This document shows, piece by piece, positions 24,365 to 36,001 of a DNA stretch of 64,000 bases. A program made the position numbers and the translations under genes. Every line of letters starts with the position of its first letter. The stretch's first letter is position 1. The notes beneath the pieces are model-generated. The model was not told the DNA's origin. It saw nothing but the letters and a program-made list of their open reading frames with translations, and ran no database searches. This DNA comes from Pavona decussata (taxonomy: Eukaryota). The stretch lies in contig CDRNST010000078.1 in assembly GCA_977016875.1 (NCBI GenBank), positions 248,001 through 312,000 on the forward strand, in the 5' to 3' direction.

Positions 24365-26774
24365 AGTAACATATCAGCATGCATGTGCTAATTAGCACCT
24401 ATTGTATGTTATATTTTGTATACGCATATTTAAGTAGGCTAACACGTTTATGTAAAAAGCAGAAAGCACACGCGCCCTGTGTGCAGGAGTCGGATGAAAT
24501 AAAGTCTTCGACAACATACTACATGGTGGCAGCGTTTTACAAGAATAATCCTTAAAGTTAAGTAGAGAGAGGTCAATACAAGCGAATGATGACAGCAGCA
24601 ACGTCTTTCGCATCGCCGCAGATGGACTGGGACGCCCCTGACCCAATAACTGCATTCGCAAGATTCAAACAAAAATGCCAGCTTATGTTTTCAAGCGTTC
24701 TCAAAGGCACCGACGACGAAGAAAAAGTGAGCTACATCCTACTCTGGTCAGGAGAAAAAGGCTTGGATATATACAACAGCTGGGCATTCACAAAGGAGGA
24801 AGACAGGAAAAAGCCGGACGTTATTTTCGAACGGTTCGAAAATCAATTGGAGCCAAAAACGAGTCATCGAATTCATAGATACACGCTTCAAGGAATACGA
24901 CAAGAGCAAGGGGAGCCAGTGGATGATTTTATTTCAAGATTAAAAAATCTAGCAGCGAAGTGCCAATTTCGCGACAACGCCGAAATTGAAGACAGAGTCC
25001 TAGATCAGCTTATTTGGGGATCAAGAAATCCTGATGTTCAAAAGTCTCTCATAAGTCGAGACAAATCACTAACCCTTGCGGCCGCTATTGAGATTGCAAG
25101 GAGCCACGAGGCAACAAGTAAACACATGAAGACACTAGCAGGAAGTAGCAGAAACTTCCAAGAGGACAGGAGTATTAATGCCATTCGTAGGGAACAAGAA
25201 AGAGAGTTCTGTAACAACTGTGGAAAACAACACCCGAGGAACAAATGTCCAGCCTACGGCACATCATGTCGAAAATGTGGCAAAGCTAATCATTGGCAAT
25301 CTGTTTGCCGATCCGGCAAACGGAAACAACTTAACCAAGGAACGAAGTCGGTCTTCAAAAAAGTTATCCACGCGATTGAGGATAAGGACGACGACGACGA
25401 CGATGAAATTCTGACAATCAGTAGCATCGAGGTTAACGCCATAGAAGACACGCAACACTCGATACACGACACACGCGACGAAGCCTTTGCAACACTTGAG
25501 ATAACTCAGCCAGAAAAAAAGCGGAAAATTAATCTTCAATGTAAAGTAGATACGGGCGCACAGAGCAATGTTTTACCCGTAAGGCTACTGCGCATAATCG
25601 CCCCAGAGAAGTTTGACGACGAAGGAAATCCCAAACCAGAAGCACTGGAAAAAAACAAAGCCGTCCTTTCAGCATACGGGGGGTCTATAGTCAAGCAGCT
25701 TGGCACTATAAACATCCCTTGCAAGTACAAAGAGAAGAAGATAAACTGCATTTTTTACGTCACAGATACTCCAGGGCCAGCTATTCTCGGTCTAAAGGCA
25801 TGCACGGCACTGAAACTAATCTCATTACACTGTTCACTCAAGACAAATCAACTAGACCAGGCTGCTCCGACAAACAGCTTCGTGACCCCAGCTCAAAGCT
25901 CAGGTACTCGAAAGAAACGCCCGAATTACATCGAAAGTCAAGTACCACTCAAAGAGCGGCCACCAATCAGAAATAAGCAAGAACTGATGGAGATGTACCC
26001 AGAATGCTTCAATGGTACCGTTGGACCATCAAAGAACCAAGAAGAAGTTAGAGATTGGCACAAAGCGAGACAAGACAATCAGAGCTACTACTACAACAGG
26101 CATACCAGGGATCTCCCTAAAATACACATGGACCAAGCCATCTTTGCACAAGATCCAGTGAGAAAAACGTGGAGCCGTGCTAGAGTCATAGATCAAGGAA
26201 ACACACCCCGCTCATATATTGTACAAACTAGAGCTGGTGCCCAACTACGAAGAAATAGGATCCATCTTAGACCAAACAATGCTTCCAACAACCTGGCAAA
26301 CAACTTGTCTAACTACATTCCCCAAGGAAGTATGGCTAAGCAATCTTCAAGCGCCAATCCACGAGAGAAGAAGCAATGCACGACCCTCAAGCGCCAATCC
26401 ACAATGTTCCACCTTAGCAGAAACCGAGGGGGGTCCAAGAAAAATCTCGCTCGGGACGTGAAGTCCAGGCACCAGAAAGACTTAACCTCTGACTCTTGTT
26501 TTAGTAGATATTATTAGTATGATGTATGATCTCTAGACAGTGAACCCTATTCGAATGAATGTTTTTGTTTTGTTTGTTTTCGTTTCAATTAACATAGCTT
26601 TTTAAAAGAAGGGGATGTAACATATCAGCATGCATGTGCTAATTAGCACCTACTGTATGTTATATTTTGTATACGCATATTTAAGTAGGCTAACACGTTT
26701 ATGTAAAAAGCAGAAAGCACACGCGCCCTGTGTGCAGGAGTCGGATGAAATAAAGTCTTCGACAACATACTACA
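24365..26774 (+). mobile_element. Ty3/gypsy LTR retrotransposon, internally deleted (non-autonomous)
   Basis: 159-bp LTRs at 24365-24523 and 26616-26774 (TGTAAC...TACA; two differences seen). PBS TGGTGGCAGCG at 24524-24534, complementary to a tRNA-Leu 3' end. Polypurine tract AAAAGAAGGGGA at 26604-26615. Confidence 0.95.
24586..26517 (+). CDS. Gag (capsid-like region plus zinc knuckles) and aspartic protease fused in frame to an integrase C-terminal remnant
   Basis: 643-aa open ORF with QEQGEPVDDFISRLKNLAAKCQF, knuckles CNNCGKQHPRNKC and CRKCGKANHWQSVC, and protease VDTGAQSNVLP...AILG. YPECFNGTVG joins directly to RQDNQSYYYNRHTRDLP...PRSYIVQT...LRRNRIHLR. No YxDD RT motif. Confidence 0.9.
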   Translation: MMTAATSFASPQMDWDAPDPITAFARFKQKCQLMFSSVLKGTDDEEKVSYILLWSGEKGLDIYNSWAFTKEEDRKKPDVIFERFENQLEPKTSHRIHRYTLQGIRQEQGEPVDDFISRLKNLAAKCQFRDNAEIEDRVLDQLIWGSRNPDVQKSLISRDKSLTLAAAIEIARSHEATSKHMKTLAGSSRNFQEDRSINAIRREQEREFCNNCGKQHPRNKCPAYGTSCRKCGKANHWQSVCRSGKRKQLNQGTKSVFKKVIHAIEDKDDDDDDEILTISSIEVNAIEDTQHSIHDTRDEAFATLEITQPEKKRKINLQCKVDTGAQSNVLPVRLLRIIAPEKFDDEGNPKPEALEKNKAVLSAYGGSIVKQLGTINIPCKYKEKKINCIFYVTDTPGPAILGLKACTALKLISLHCSLKTNQLDQAAPTNSFVTPAQSSGTRKKRPNYIESQVPLKERPPIRNKQELMEMYPECFNGTVGPSKNQEEVRDWHKARQDNQSYYYNRHTRDLPKIHMDQAIFAQDPVRKTWSRARVIDQGNTPRSYIVQTRAGAQLRRNRIHLRPNNASNNLANNLSNYIPQGSMAKQSSSANPREKKQCTTLKRQSTMFHLSRNRGGSKKNLARDVKSRHQKDLTSDSCFSRYY

Positions 26775-26937
26775 TAATTTGTCCCACGTTACAACAATGC
26801 TATTTATACAGAGCGAATTCTAACGTTTAAATATTTATAAACTAAACTCTAAAAACCAACAGCGTCAAGAAAAACACTATAGCTAAGGAACTCTTTACAG
26901 CAATTCTGACGGCAAAGTTGAACTGAGGAATATCAAA

Positions 26938-27283
26938 ATGCCACAGCATTTTCGCTACATTAAAGTCAGTTTCATTTTTCTTGTACATGTTTGTCAAGTT
27001 GTTCTGTGCAGTGAAACCTCTATTAGCCAAGGATCAAAGATAAAGTATGCCCTTTTCAAGGATCATCAGTATCGCGCCTTGGATGCAACAAAGATCGAAC
27101 AAGCTTATATTCCAAGTGGAATACACTGTTTGTTGAGATGCGTTAAAAATTGTGAAACTGCAAACGTTACTGTTGTTCCAGCAACAGACGGCCGAGTGTT
27201 GTGTGAGCTGCTTTTGTCTGACAAGTACAGTTCATCGGAAAACGTTGGACAGACTGACTCGCTTTCATCATTACAGTATTGCT
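26938..27283 (+). pseudogene. Orphan signal peptide plus PAN/apple-like exon, probably degenerate
   Basis: Hydrophobic leader followed by CLLRCVKNC...N...CELLLSDKY. The expected terminal FHHYSI before the GTAAGT donor (27284) is out of frame. No downstream exon was recognised. Confidence 0.55.
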
Positions 27284-27603
27284 GTAAGTAACTGACTTCA
27301 TCTGAATTTAACAATCTTGATGATTATTTCGGTCTTAGTCTAATTTTTGTCGTATTTTGTAACCACTAGAAAAGTTAGTTGATCTTGAATATATGAACCT
27401 AGCCTAGAATAAAGAACGATAGATTGTCTGCTCTCAAAACCAAGCAAGCATGACACCGTATGCGTCTAACTTATATCAGCCAATGAAACTGCACAAAAAA
27501 AGCCCCGGTATGCAATAACGATTGATATTTGTATTTCGGTTGTAAGTTGTTTTGCACTGTTCCGCGTTAATCTGGATATTTTCCATCCAGCAGCGAAAAC
27601 ATC

Positions 27604-27670
27604 ATGGCGATCTGTGGGACCTATGTTTGCTTTGCAGTGCTGTTTACCGTCAGATTTGTTTCATCATTTG
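27604..27670 (+). CDS. Isolated phase-1 signal-peptide exon (MAICGTYVCFAVLFTVRFVSSF), possibly belonging to the Ig receptor cluster
   Basis: aaacatcATGGCG start context similar to the leader at 39325 (gacatcATGGCA). Ends G|GTAAG in the same phase as the three Ig-gene leader exons. Confidence 0.4.
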
Positions 27671-29091
27671 GTAAGAGAACCTTTAACTGATTTGTGTATA
27701 AGTACATAACGTATACTTTCCGATACATATGTTTATTATTGCGGTAATGAGCTCACCCAAGAACGAAATGTGCTCCTAAAATATTTTGGCGATATCCTCC
27801 GACGGAGCTTATGTGGCGAAAGGCAGCATTTAGAAAGAAACACCCTGCAGAGAGGAAGTTTAAGTTCAGCTTTGTGTACCAATCACGCTTCGAATTTCTG
27901 AGTAAATTTTCTTAACATTATAACTCGTGATCGGTTACCAAGAATGTATATGAGACACAATAAGATGTCACTGAGTTCTACAATATTGTTCATCTTCGTG
28001 ATATTATATTTCTGTTTAGTTCTAACTATCTTCATTACTTTCGTTTGAGTCGTTTATATGCCAAAACAACGGAACATATCTACCTTGTACTAAAACTAGA
28101 TATCGTTAAAAGTTATCGTAATTGTTCCCCTCAAAAGTTTTCAAGCATAAATGTCACCGCCGTTTGGCTTGTACGTTTAATTAATGCAAAGAACTTTTCA
28201 TTTTTTCCAGTTCCGTGAGATAGAAACTCAATTCACGTCATATTGTTAAGTACCAATTGCAACTACAATTCCTCGATAAAATGCGGATCCAATACAACAA
28301 CTCGATGTTGCAATTATCACGTGAACAGCTTGTGCCAATTACTTCGCTTGCTGGCACACGCCGCTTACACCAGTACATGAGTATGTGAAATGAGAANNNN
28401 NNNNNNNNNNNNNNNNNNNNNNNNNNNNNNNNNNNNNNNNNNNNNNNNNNNNNNNNNNNNNNNNNNNNNNNNNNNNNNNNNNNNNNNNNNNNNNNNNNNN
28501 NNNNNNNNNNNNNNNNNNNNNNNNNNNNNNNNNNNNNNNNNNNNNNNNNNNNNNNNNNNNNNNNNNNNNNNNNNNNNNNNNNNNNNNNNNNNNNNNNNNN
28601 NNNNNNNNNNNNNNNNNNNNNNNNNNNNNNNNNNNNNNNNNNNNNNNNNNNNNNNNNNNNNNNNNNNNNNNNNNNNNNNNNNNNNNNNNNNNNNNNNNNN
28701 NNNNNNNNNNNNNNNNNNNNNNNNNNNNNNNNNNGTTAGCTCCAAATATATAAACATTTTTTCAGTTTCGTTGAAATTTCTAAATATACGTCATAACGCG
28801 GAAATGCAATTTTTTGGCAACAACGATAATTAATTAAAAATAATCGTACTCTGGATGACATCCACTTCTGTTTAATATGCAATCTAACAGTTTCGATTAC
28901 AGTCCTCTAGTTAGTGGCTAAAACACAGCAAAATTACTTATGCTTTGTTCCATAAGGCACTGAACTGCTGTTAAGTTCAGTTTACTTTGATTTAGATATG
29001 GAATGATTAGCAGTGCAGCTTATCATTCTCAAATCTTACAGAAAATGTGAAAATGGCAAACTGGGAAAAGTTTCAAAAAATGAAGAAAAGG

Positions 29092-29300
29092 GATTCAGGG
29101 ATGGCGCAGTGATGAGAGCACTCGTCTCTCACCAGCGCGGGCCGGATTCGGCGTCATATGAAGGTTGAGTTTATTGTTGGTTCTCGTCCTTTGCTCTGAG
29201 AGGTTTTCCTTCAAGTACGCCATTCGGTCTCCCACCTTCTCAAAAAACAACATCTCCATATCATCCAATTCGATCCGGAATTTATAGACCGCAGGTTTGT
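29092..29300 (+). mobile_element. tRNA-derived SINE
   Basis: gggatggcgcagtgatgagagcactcg (A box), followed by the body ggcgtcatatg..ggttgagttt..ttggttctcgtcc..gagaggtttt. Confidence 0.65.
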
Positions 29301-31058
29301 TAATTATTAGACTTAATTATCAACCTCTTTCAAAGAACGTCGATTAACCATGATAAAGCAATACTTACTGCGTTCGATTTTAGAAACAGAAAACATTTTC
29401 CGTGTGTAGTCATGTTGTCTGAAGAGATCTTGAGTAGAAATGTTTTGGTTCAATATTAATTTTCCTTTGTTTCTGTGTGTACCAAAGGAAAAAATTGAAC
29501 GACGAATAAAATTATCGATCTACAACATAACCAGCATGAGAAGTTTGAGAGAATGAGAAAATGTCGTCAGAGAAGCACGTGACCGGAAGTGGGTCAGCAT
29601 TTCCACTGTAGGCTATTTCGAGTTCTCCCAAGTTTATGAGAGTGTTTTCCATTAACCCTACAAACTAATACATTGCAAAATGTGCCTTTCTAAAATAACT
29701 CATGTCAGGTTTCCAGAAATTTACGGAAACATATCTTTCAACCAATCACAGAGCGCGCTCACTAAAGTTTATTTTATATAACGGGAAACATGATTGGTCC
29801 ACTCTTTCTGGACACACCAAAGCTGACCAAGAACACTAAAGGACACTGACAAATATTAACTAGGCAGCCCCTTCCCTACCTCTCCACCTCAGCCTAACAC
29901 GGTTTATATTATCAAAACTCTTAAAATAAAACTCATTTAGAATGCTTTATTACGTCTTTTAAAATAAACAACACTTAAAGTCGAACTAAAGAGCGTATTA
30001 CCACTTAACAATAACAGAATTAATACACGCCAAACAAAAGAACAGGAGATTTTTTTAGAAAAGGTTTTTCTTTATTTATATCCTAATACATTTTAAAGTT
30101 AACCCACAGGAAGAACGATTAACGTTTTTTTTTTTAAATGATAGCGTAAGGGTGAGTATTAAAAAAGAGACTAAAGCAGAAAACGTTAGCGAAACGGTTA
30201 CCGATGTCCAAACTCACCTAATGGAACGCTGTGACAATCTTCTTGTTTTTACCAGTCTTGAACGATTTAGACAGGTCTACATTTCAATGGATGTCATCCA
30301 TAGATTCAAAAGGTTAGAGTTAACGACGTAGAACGTGATAAGAAGAACCAAAGGAACTAAAGCAATACTCGGCAAAAGCTTACATTTTAAAAATAGACAC
30401 ATTTGCTAATTCTCAATGGTTAGAACCACCGTTGTACAACAAAATAAACAGTACCACAGGAAATAACTTCTCAGTAGCTTTCATTTAAATGATTTCATTC
30501 ACAGAGACAAAAGTTAGAATCACCTTGCATGACTTATGTTAAGACTCCTCTTTAAAAGTCGCCCCAAAATAAATTGCCATGAAATTGCGACCTGATAGAG
30601 ATAACAGGGCATCTACTAATGACGTAGTTGGAAAGTTAATTATATCGATTGAATTGTTGCTCAATATTGCATCACCAGTTGCACAGATGGAATACAACTC
30701 TTGCAGATTATTTTGACTCGAATTTGGACTTTAGACTTTCCTTTGCCGCTTTTATATTTCAAGTATTGCCATTCATGACTTTTGTTATAACTCCAGATCA
30801 AGCTACATGTTCAAAAATGAACGACAATAAGACTAAATTTCAAATTGTAATGTTTTAATATTGCAAAGAGTGACGTTGTTTCCCCAATATGCAAAATTCG
30901 GATGATAAATTCAACAAGCTAGACACTTTAGTGTATTAGTCTAGCCCGTGTATATTTATGTTTTTCAAGTCATGCTGTGTGTGTAGGCTAATATACCTAA
31001 AAATATCGCGACGAAATTTTTGCACTTTGGCGTGTCGAGTGAGAGAGAAAACAGCGTA

Positions 31059-34000
31059 ATGGCGGCTTCCAGGTTGAACGCTATGTACGCGTGCGCTTTT
31101 CAAGTAGTGTCTTTGGCTTTTCACATCGCAGTTGCGAATGGTAAGATAATACTGTGACTGTAATTCTTTGACTTACATATGAAATAATTGGATCCAAAGG
31201 CGTACAATAGGCAAGAACGATCGTGCTTCATTATATTGAGTTTGTCAACTTACAAATTATAGCTTGCAGATTCGGTTAAAAATCGGGAAGAGAAGTACTT
31301 GCCTCGAATCCATTCAACAAAGAGTTGAAACTGAACCAGTTTAGACCTGATAAGTGAGAACAATCTGCGTGGTTTTTAGGAAAAGTAAAATTACCAAGTA
31401 CTTTTTTATCTCTAGACGATAAGACAACTGAAAAATTACTTTTATTAGTATTCACAAAACATCAATACATTGGAGAGAAAACGTTCATGTAATAATTATT
31501 AATTGCAGAGCTTCTTAGCTATTAAATTTAACGTTCGTTTAATTACCATTAACATGGTGTTGGTTTGTTAAGTCTTTGGAGATGAATATTCAAAATATGG
31601 TATCTTTAACTTTGGTAAAATATTACAATCGAAGGCCAAGAGCCGAGCGATCCAGGTGTTTTTGATATAAGTTTACTGTGGCTACCCTTCGATAATTACT
31701 TTGCTTTTTGAACGATCAGTTTTCGCATTGGAAGATCTCGGATACCTTGTTTAAAAAAAGCGATTTAATTAATTACCTATACCATGACGATTAAAATAAA
31801 TTGGTCGCTAATTCATTCTGTTGTCGGTCAACTTTTCAATGTACAGAACTCAGTCTGAGGTACGTTCTAGAAACAACAGCGAAACAATTAAACTTTAGGG
31901 CGTTTGAGGATATGAAAACAATTGCACCTGTAATTAAGACTGTGCAAGATTTAAATTCATGACTGATTTATCATTAGAACTGTTATGGATTGAGATCCCT
32001 CATCCAGGTATCAACTCAGTGTTCATTTCATTTTCTCGGCTTTACTCAATTTTAATGTTGGAAATTTCTTAGCAGCCTATTGACCACCGTCAACTACAAA
32101 CATTTGTAAGGCTATACCATGCTATCAGACAGAGACATAATCTACGCCGGCAAATTTCATTCACAAATTCTATTTCCACATTTTTCGTCGGTGTATGAAG
32201 AGCCGGTTCTTTTTAAGCTACTCAATAGTCTCAGTGGTTCATACATTCGTAAGATTTGACTGCTCAGTTTCATGACGAGGCTTGTGTCAGATGTTGAATT
32301 TATAGCAATCAGGCTCACTTTTTCTCTTGACATTAAGCCTGCTCACTGCTCACGGCCCGATACTGTTCGCTCTATCCGCTCATTATCCGCTGATTGATGC
32401 ATAGCCTTATCTAAATCTGCGTTATTATGTAAAGTTAAGTTTTTTTTTCTGTTTTCCAGCATGTTTGTAATTCACTGTAATTTTTTTTCCTTTATGTTCT
32501 CGTGCTCTTCTTGTCCCACCTCGACCATCTTTGTGGCTATTTGCGGGACAAGCCCCTTATGTAATCTGAATTTAATTTATAAATAAATTGTTGTTGTTGT
32601 CATTAAAACAACAATCTTGGCCAGACAGCCATATGGTGAGGTATGGCAGAGGTTGCAGACTTTACAGCTGGGCAAGGCCAAAAATATGTCCAAATTAGGT
32701 ATGATAGGGTTAGATCAAACCTAAGTAAGCAGTATTCAGTATGCAGGTAGATCTACGCTGCAATGCCTCTAAGCTCACTATTGGTCCCGTAATATTTGTG
32801 CTCAGTATTACAAATTTCAATATTCCTAGGTTGAAGGTCATAGTTTTTTTTCCAACTGTTATTCAATTGTCTCTTCACTTGTCTCTTCAAAAGCTCTGTT
32901 ATGAACTATTTGTAGCCGGTTTGGTTCCGCTGCCACACCGTTTGAGCCGTGCATGAAACGTTGCACGTTCTACTAGACTTCGTGGCAACCGTAAGTCCTT
33001 GAACTTAAATATCGCACGAACTCATCTGCACTCTTGACATCGCCTCCAGCTTAGTCAGGAAAAGCTAGAAATACTTACCGTCACAAACTGCAATTAAAAG
33101 AAAAAAAACCTACAAAGGAATCTTATGCTCCAACAAGAATCTAGTCTAACTGAGAAGCCTTGTGCTGTCCTCACGCCGAAGATTGTCCGTATATTGTAAT
33201 GTAGTTGGACAACCTCGTTAAAAACGACCAAATATTATGTTGTCAGATGAAAAAGAGCAAGTTTTGAACAGGCTTGTAAAGTACATCAAAGACAAGGCCT
33301 GAAGTCAAACGTGGGCGCTGCTTTGGTTGATTTGGAAAATGAATCGTTTGCTATTAGCCAATAGGAAGATAGATGTTACAATGCACAATGGGCTGAGAGA
33401 TCTCAATAGCTATCGGCCGAGATTACGACACGTCGAGTGTACAAAAAGTTACAAAAAGACATTTAAGTGCACAGTTGGGACGGTAAAATTTGTCCAAAAA
33501 AATTAACTGTAAAGTGAAAATTGCGGAATCACCTAACATTTGATTTCAACTTACCACCATCCTACTCCAAATCACACCCTCGCGAGACAGCAGCAACCTT
33601 CCTAAACCAAAGATATTTTTCTCTGTTTCGTTTCAGAGCATCTTTCACTCGACACGAATCTCACAAGGCAAGAGATCACCACTCTGCTTAACCATCGTGT
33701 CAATCTCGGTTGCTATGTGATCAAAACTAACTCGTCCCAGAATCCCACTTCACTGACCTTCGTCTGGTCAAAAGGAAATTCTTCTATCACGCAATCTCCA
33801 AGCAAAAGAATTCATGGTAACGTCCTCGTGGTGAAGCCAGAAGGCGATGAGGACTTTGGAAAATACGAGTGTAACGCTACCAATGGAGTATCGAGTATTC
33901 GATGCAGTATCCTGTTGTTACAAGGATGGAGGGTAAATGGTAAGTGTAATGTAAATTTGTTTTGATCATTAACTTCATCTCTCTCTAGGAAGATGTAATA

Positions 34001-35401
34001 TCCTACCACTTGCCAAATAAGACACAGTTCTCTGTCCGCCTTGTTTAATTCCTTCCCCTGCCTTGTTGAACGCATGAAGCTGCTTTCCGCCTGTTGTTCT
34101 TCATTCACTCAATTTATCCCTCTCTAACATATACACATGATTTCCAAGATGGACACCTATCTTTTATAGGGGTGGACACCTCTCTATAAAGATATATGAC
34201 TCCCTGTATAAGATGAACACATGTGGTTCACCCTGTTGTGTTCCAGGCCTTTTATTTGGACGCATGTAGCTGGTCCCTACTGTACCTCAGTCCAACGGTT
34301 AACTGGGACAAACACCTCTCTACTATAGACACTTCTTTAAGAACAATGCTCAAATGTCCATGGAGTTGACTCATTTCCCTCTATGGCAGACACAGTTGAT
34401 CTCTGTTGATCTTCAGTCCTCTACCCCTCTATTGTACGGTACATGTGGGGTATACTCCTGCTATACTCCAGTCCTTTCTTCTTCTCCCCTAATAAACACA
34501 ATTCCTCAAGAGAGACACGATTTCCCAATTGTTCTGAAGTCCTTTACTTCATCCTCTAAGAACTTGCATTTCTCGTTTTGTCATTTCAGGGCTCAAAACA
34601 ACGCCAAGCGCTGGCTGCGTGAACGTTTCAGTTCTAATGCCGGTCCTAGCTGTTGCAGTTCTGTCTTGTCTTTTGTTTGTTCATCTTGTAATCAGACGGA
34701 AGGAGCCCAAAGTCCTGTTGCCATCGCACAAGCGACGAAAATCTACGGTAGGCATAGCTCACCCACATGCAGAACAACGCAGCAGATCACGTGACCTGCT
34801 ATACAACCGTTTCGACAACGACACATTGAACAATAAAGAAAAGAAACAAGAGGTGGTTTCCATAGAGATGAACGTAAGAAGCTGTGTCTCTAGCCCAACA
34901 GATCGACCAGAGGATAATTGCGTCAACGAAAGCAGGCGGAAACGAAGATCAGGATTTTCTAATAAATCTTTTCGAGATCATTCTCTAGACATGGATGATG
35001 CAGAAGTTGGATCTCAAACGTCAAATGAGTCAAAGAATTCAAGCAGCGGAGTAACATCTCGTGCGTCAGAATTCTCAAGTGTTAACGAGAACAAGAAAGA
35101 TGAGCCGAATGGATTCTACAATAAAACCTACAAGAACGATTCCATTGATTACAGTGATGGTGAGCTCACCACACATCCAGTGGGGGAAACAGTGGGTGTT
35201 GACCAGCCCAAAGGAGGTAAGACAAAAGGCTTCATCAACAAAACTTATCATTCTGAATCTATGGATCTCGATGATGGGGAACGAAGCGCTCAAGCTTCTG
35301 GGAAAAGCGTGATTCCTGGTACCGCAAAAGGAGCCCAAGCTGCAAGCGAAGAACACAAGGTTGAAACAGAGCATAAAGCTTCTATGGAAACGCATTTTTA
35401 A
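31059..35401 (+). CDS. Single-Ig-domain type I membrane protein, paralog 1
   Basis: Exons 31059-31140 (leader), 33637-33939 (Ig: NLGCY...FVWSK...LVVKP..DEDFGKYECNATNG) and 34590-35401 (GCVNVSVLMPVLAV TM plus ~235-aa tail). All introns are phase 1 with GT/AG. Confidence 0.85.
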
Positions 35402-36001
35402 TCAATCTCGGACATAAGAGCCTGCGTTCCTTTTGGTCATCTTTACACAACTGCTTGTCAGGATGAAGTAAAATGGAGGCTCTGATTACTATATTTAGGG
35501 ACAACTTTATTTGACAAGTCCAGCGGTTTCATTTAAAATTGCTATTATAAGTACTCGATGAGTTTTTTAAGTGAAAAATCTTGTTAAAAATTAGACATCC
35601 CCGTCGAAATTTCTCAAACAAGTTGTCAATTGTTCATTGGAAAACCGCTAAATTAAGCTGTCGCTAGAAATAGTAGCAATGAAAAAGGACCTTTGAATAA
35701 TGGGTAACTAAGATCCAAGAATATTGCGTATTTTTTATCAGTTTCTTTTTAGCCACTAACGAAAACAGAATGGTTTACGTATGCTTGAAATTACTCGCGA
35801 ATTTCTTTGAATACTCTAATTAAAAATAAATTTAGATGGTAAATATGCAAAATACTCTTTCGCAGAGTTGCCAACCTCTAGACATCTGAAACTTCCGGTA
35901 CTCATGCCTCATCGCCGCTCCTCCCCCCCCCCCCTCCCTTCACCAAAGCAAATGACCCAAATCAATCCATCCCCCCCCCCCCGAAAAAACAAAACAAAAA
36001 C

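Noticed and set aside
28365-28833. ORFs spanning the N gap (also at 4480-4963 and 14068-14455)
   Set aside because: They are artefacts of N runs; only the mucolipin exon from 4586 is real.
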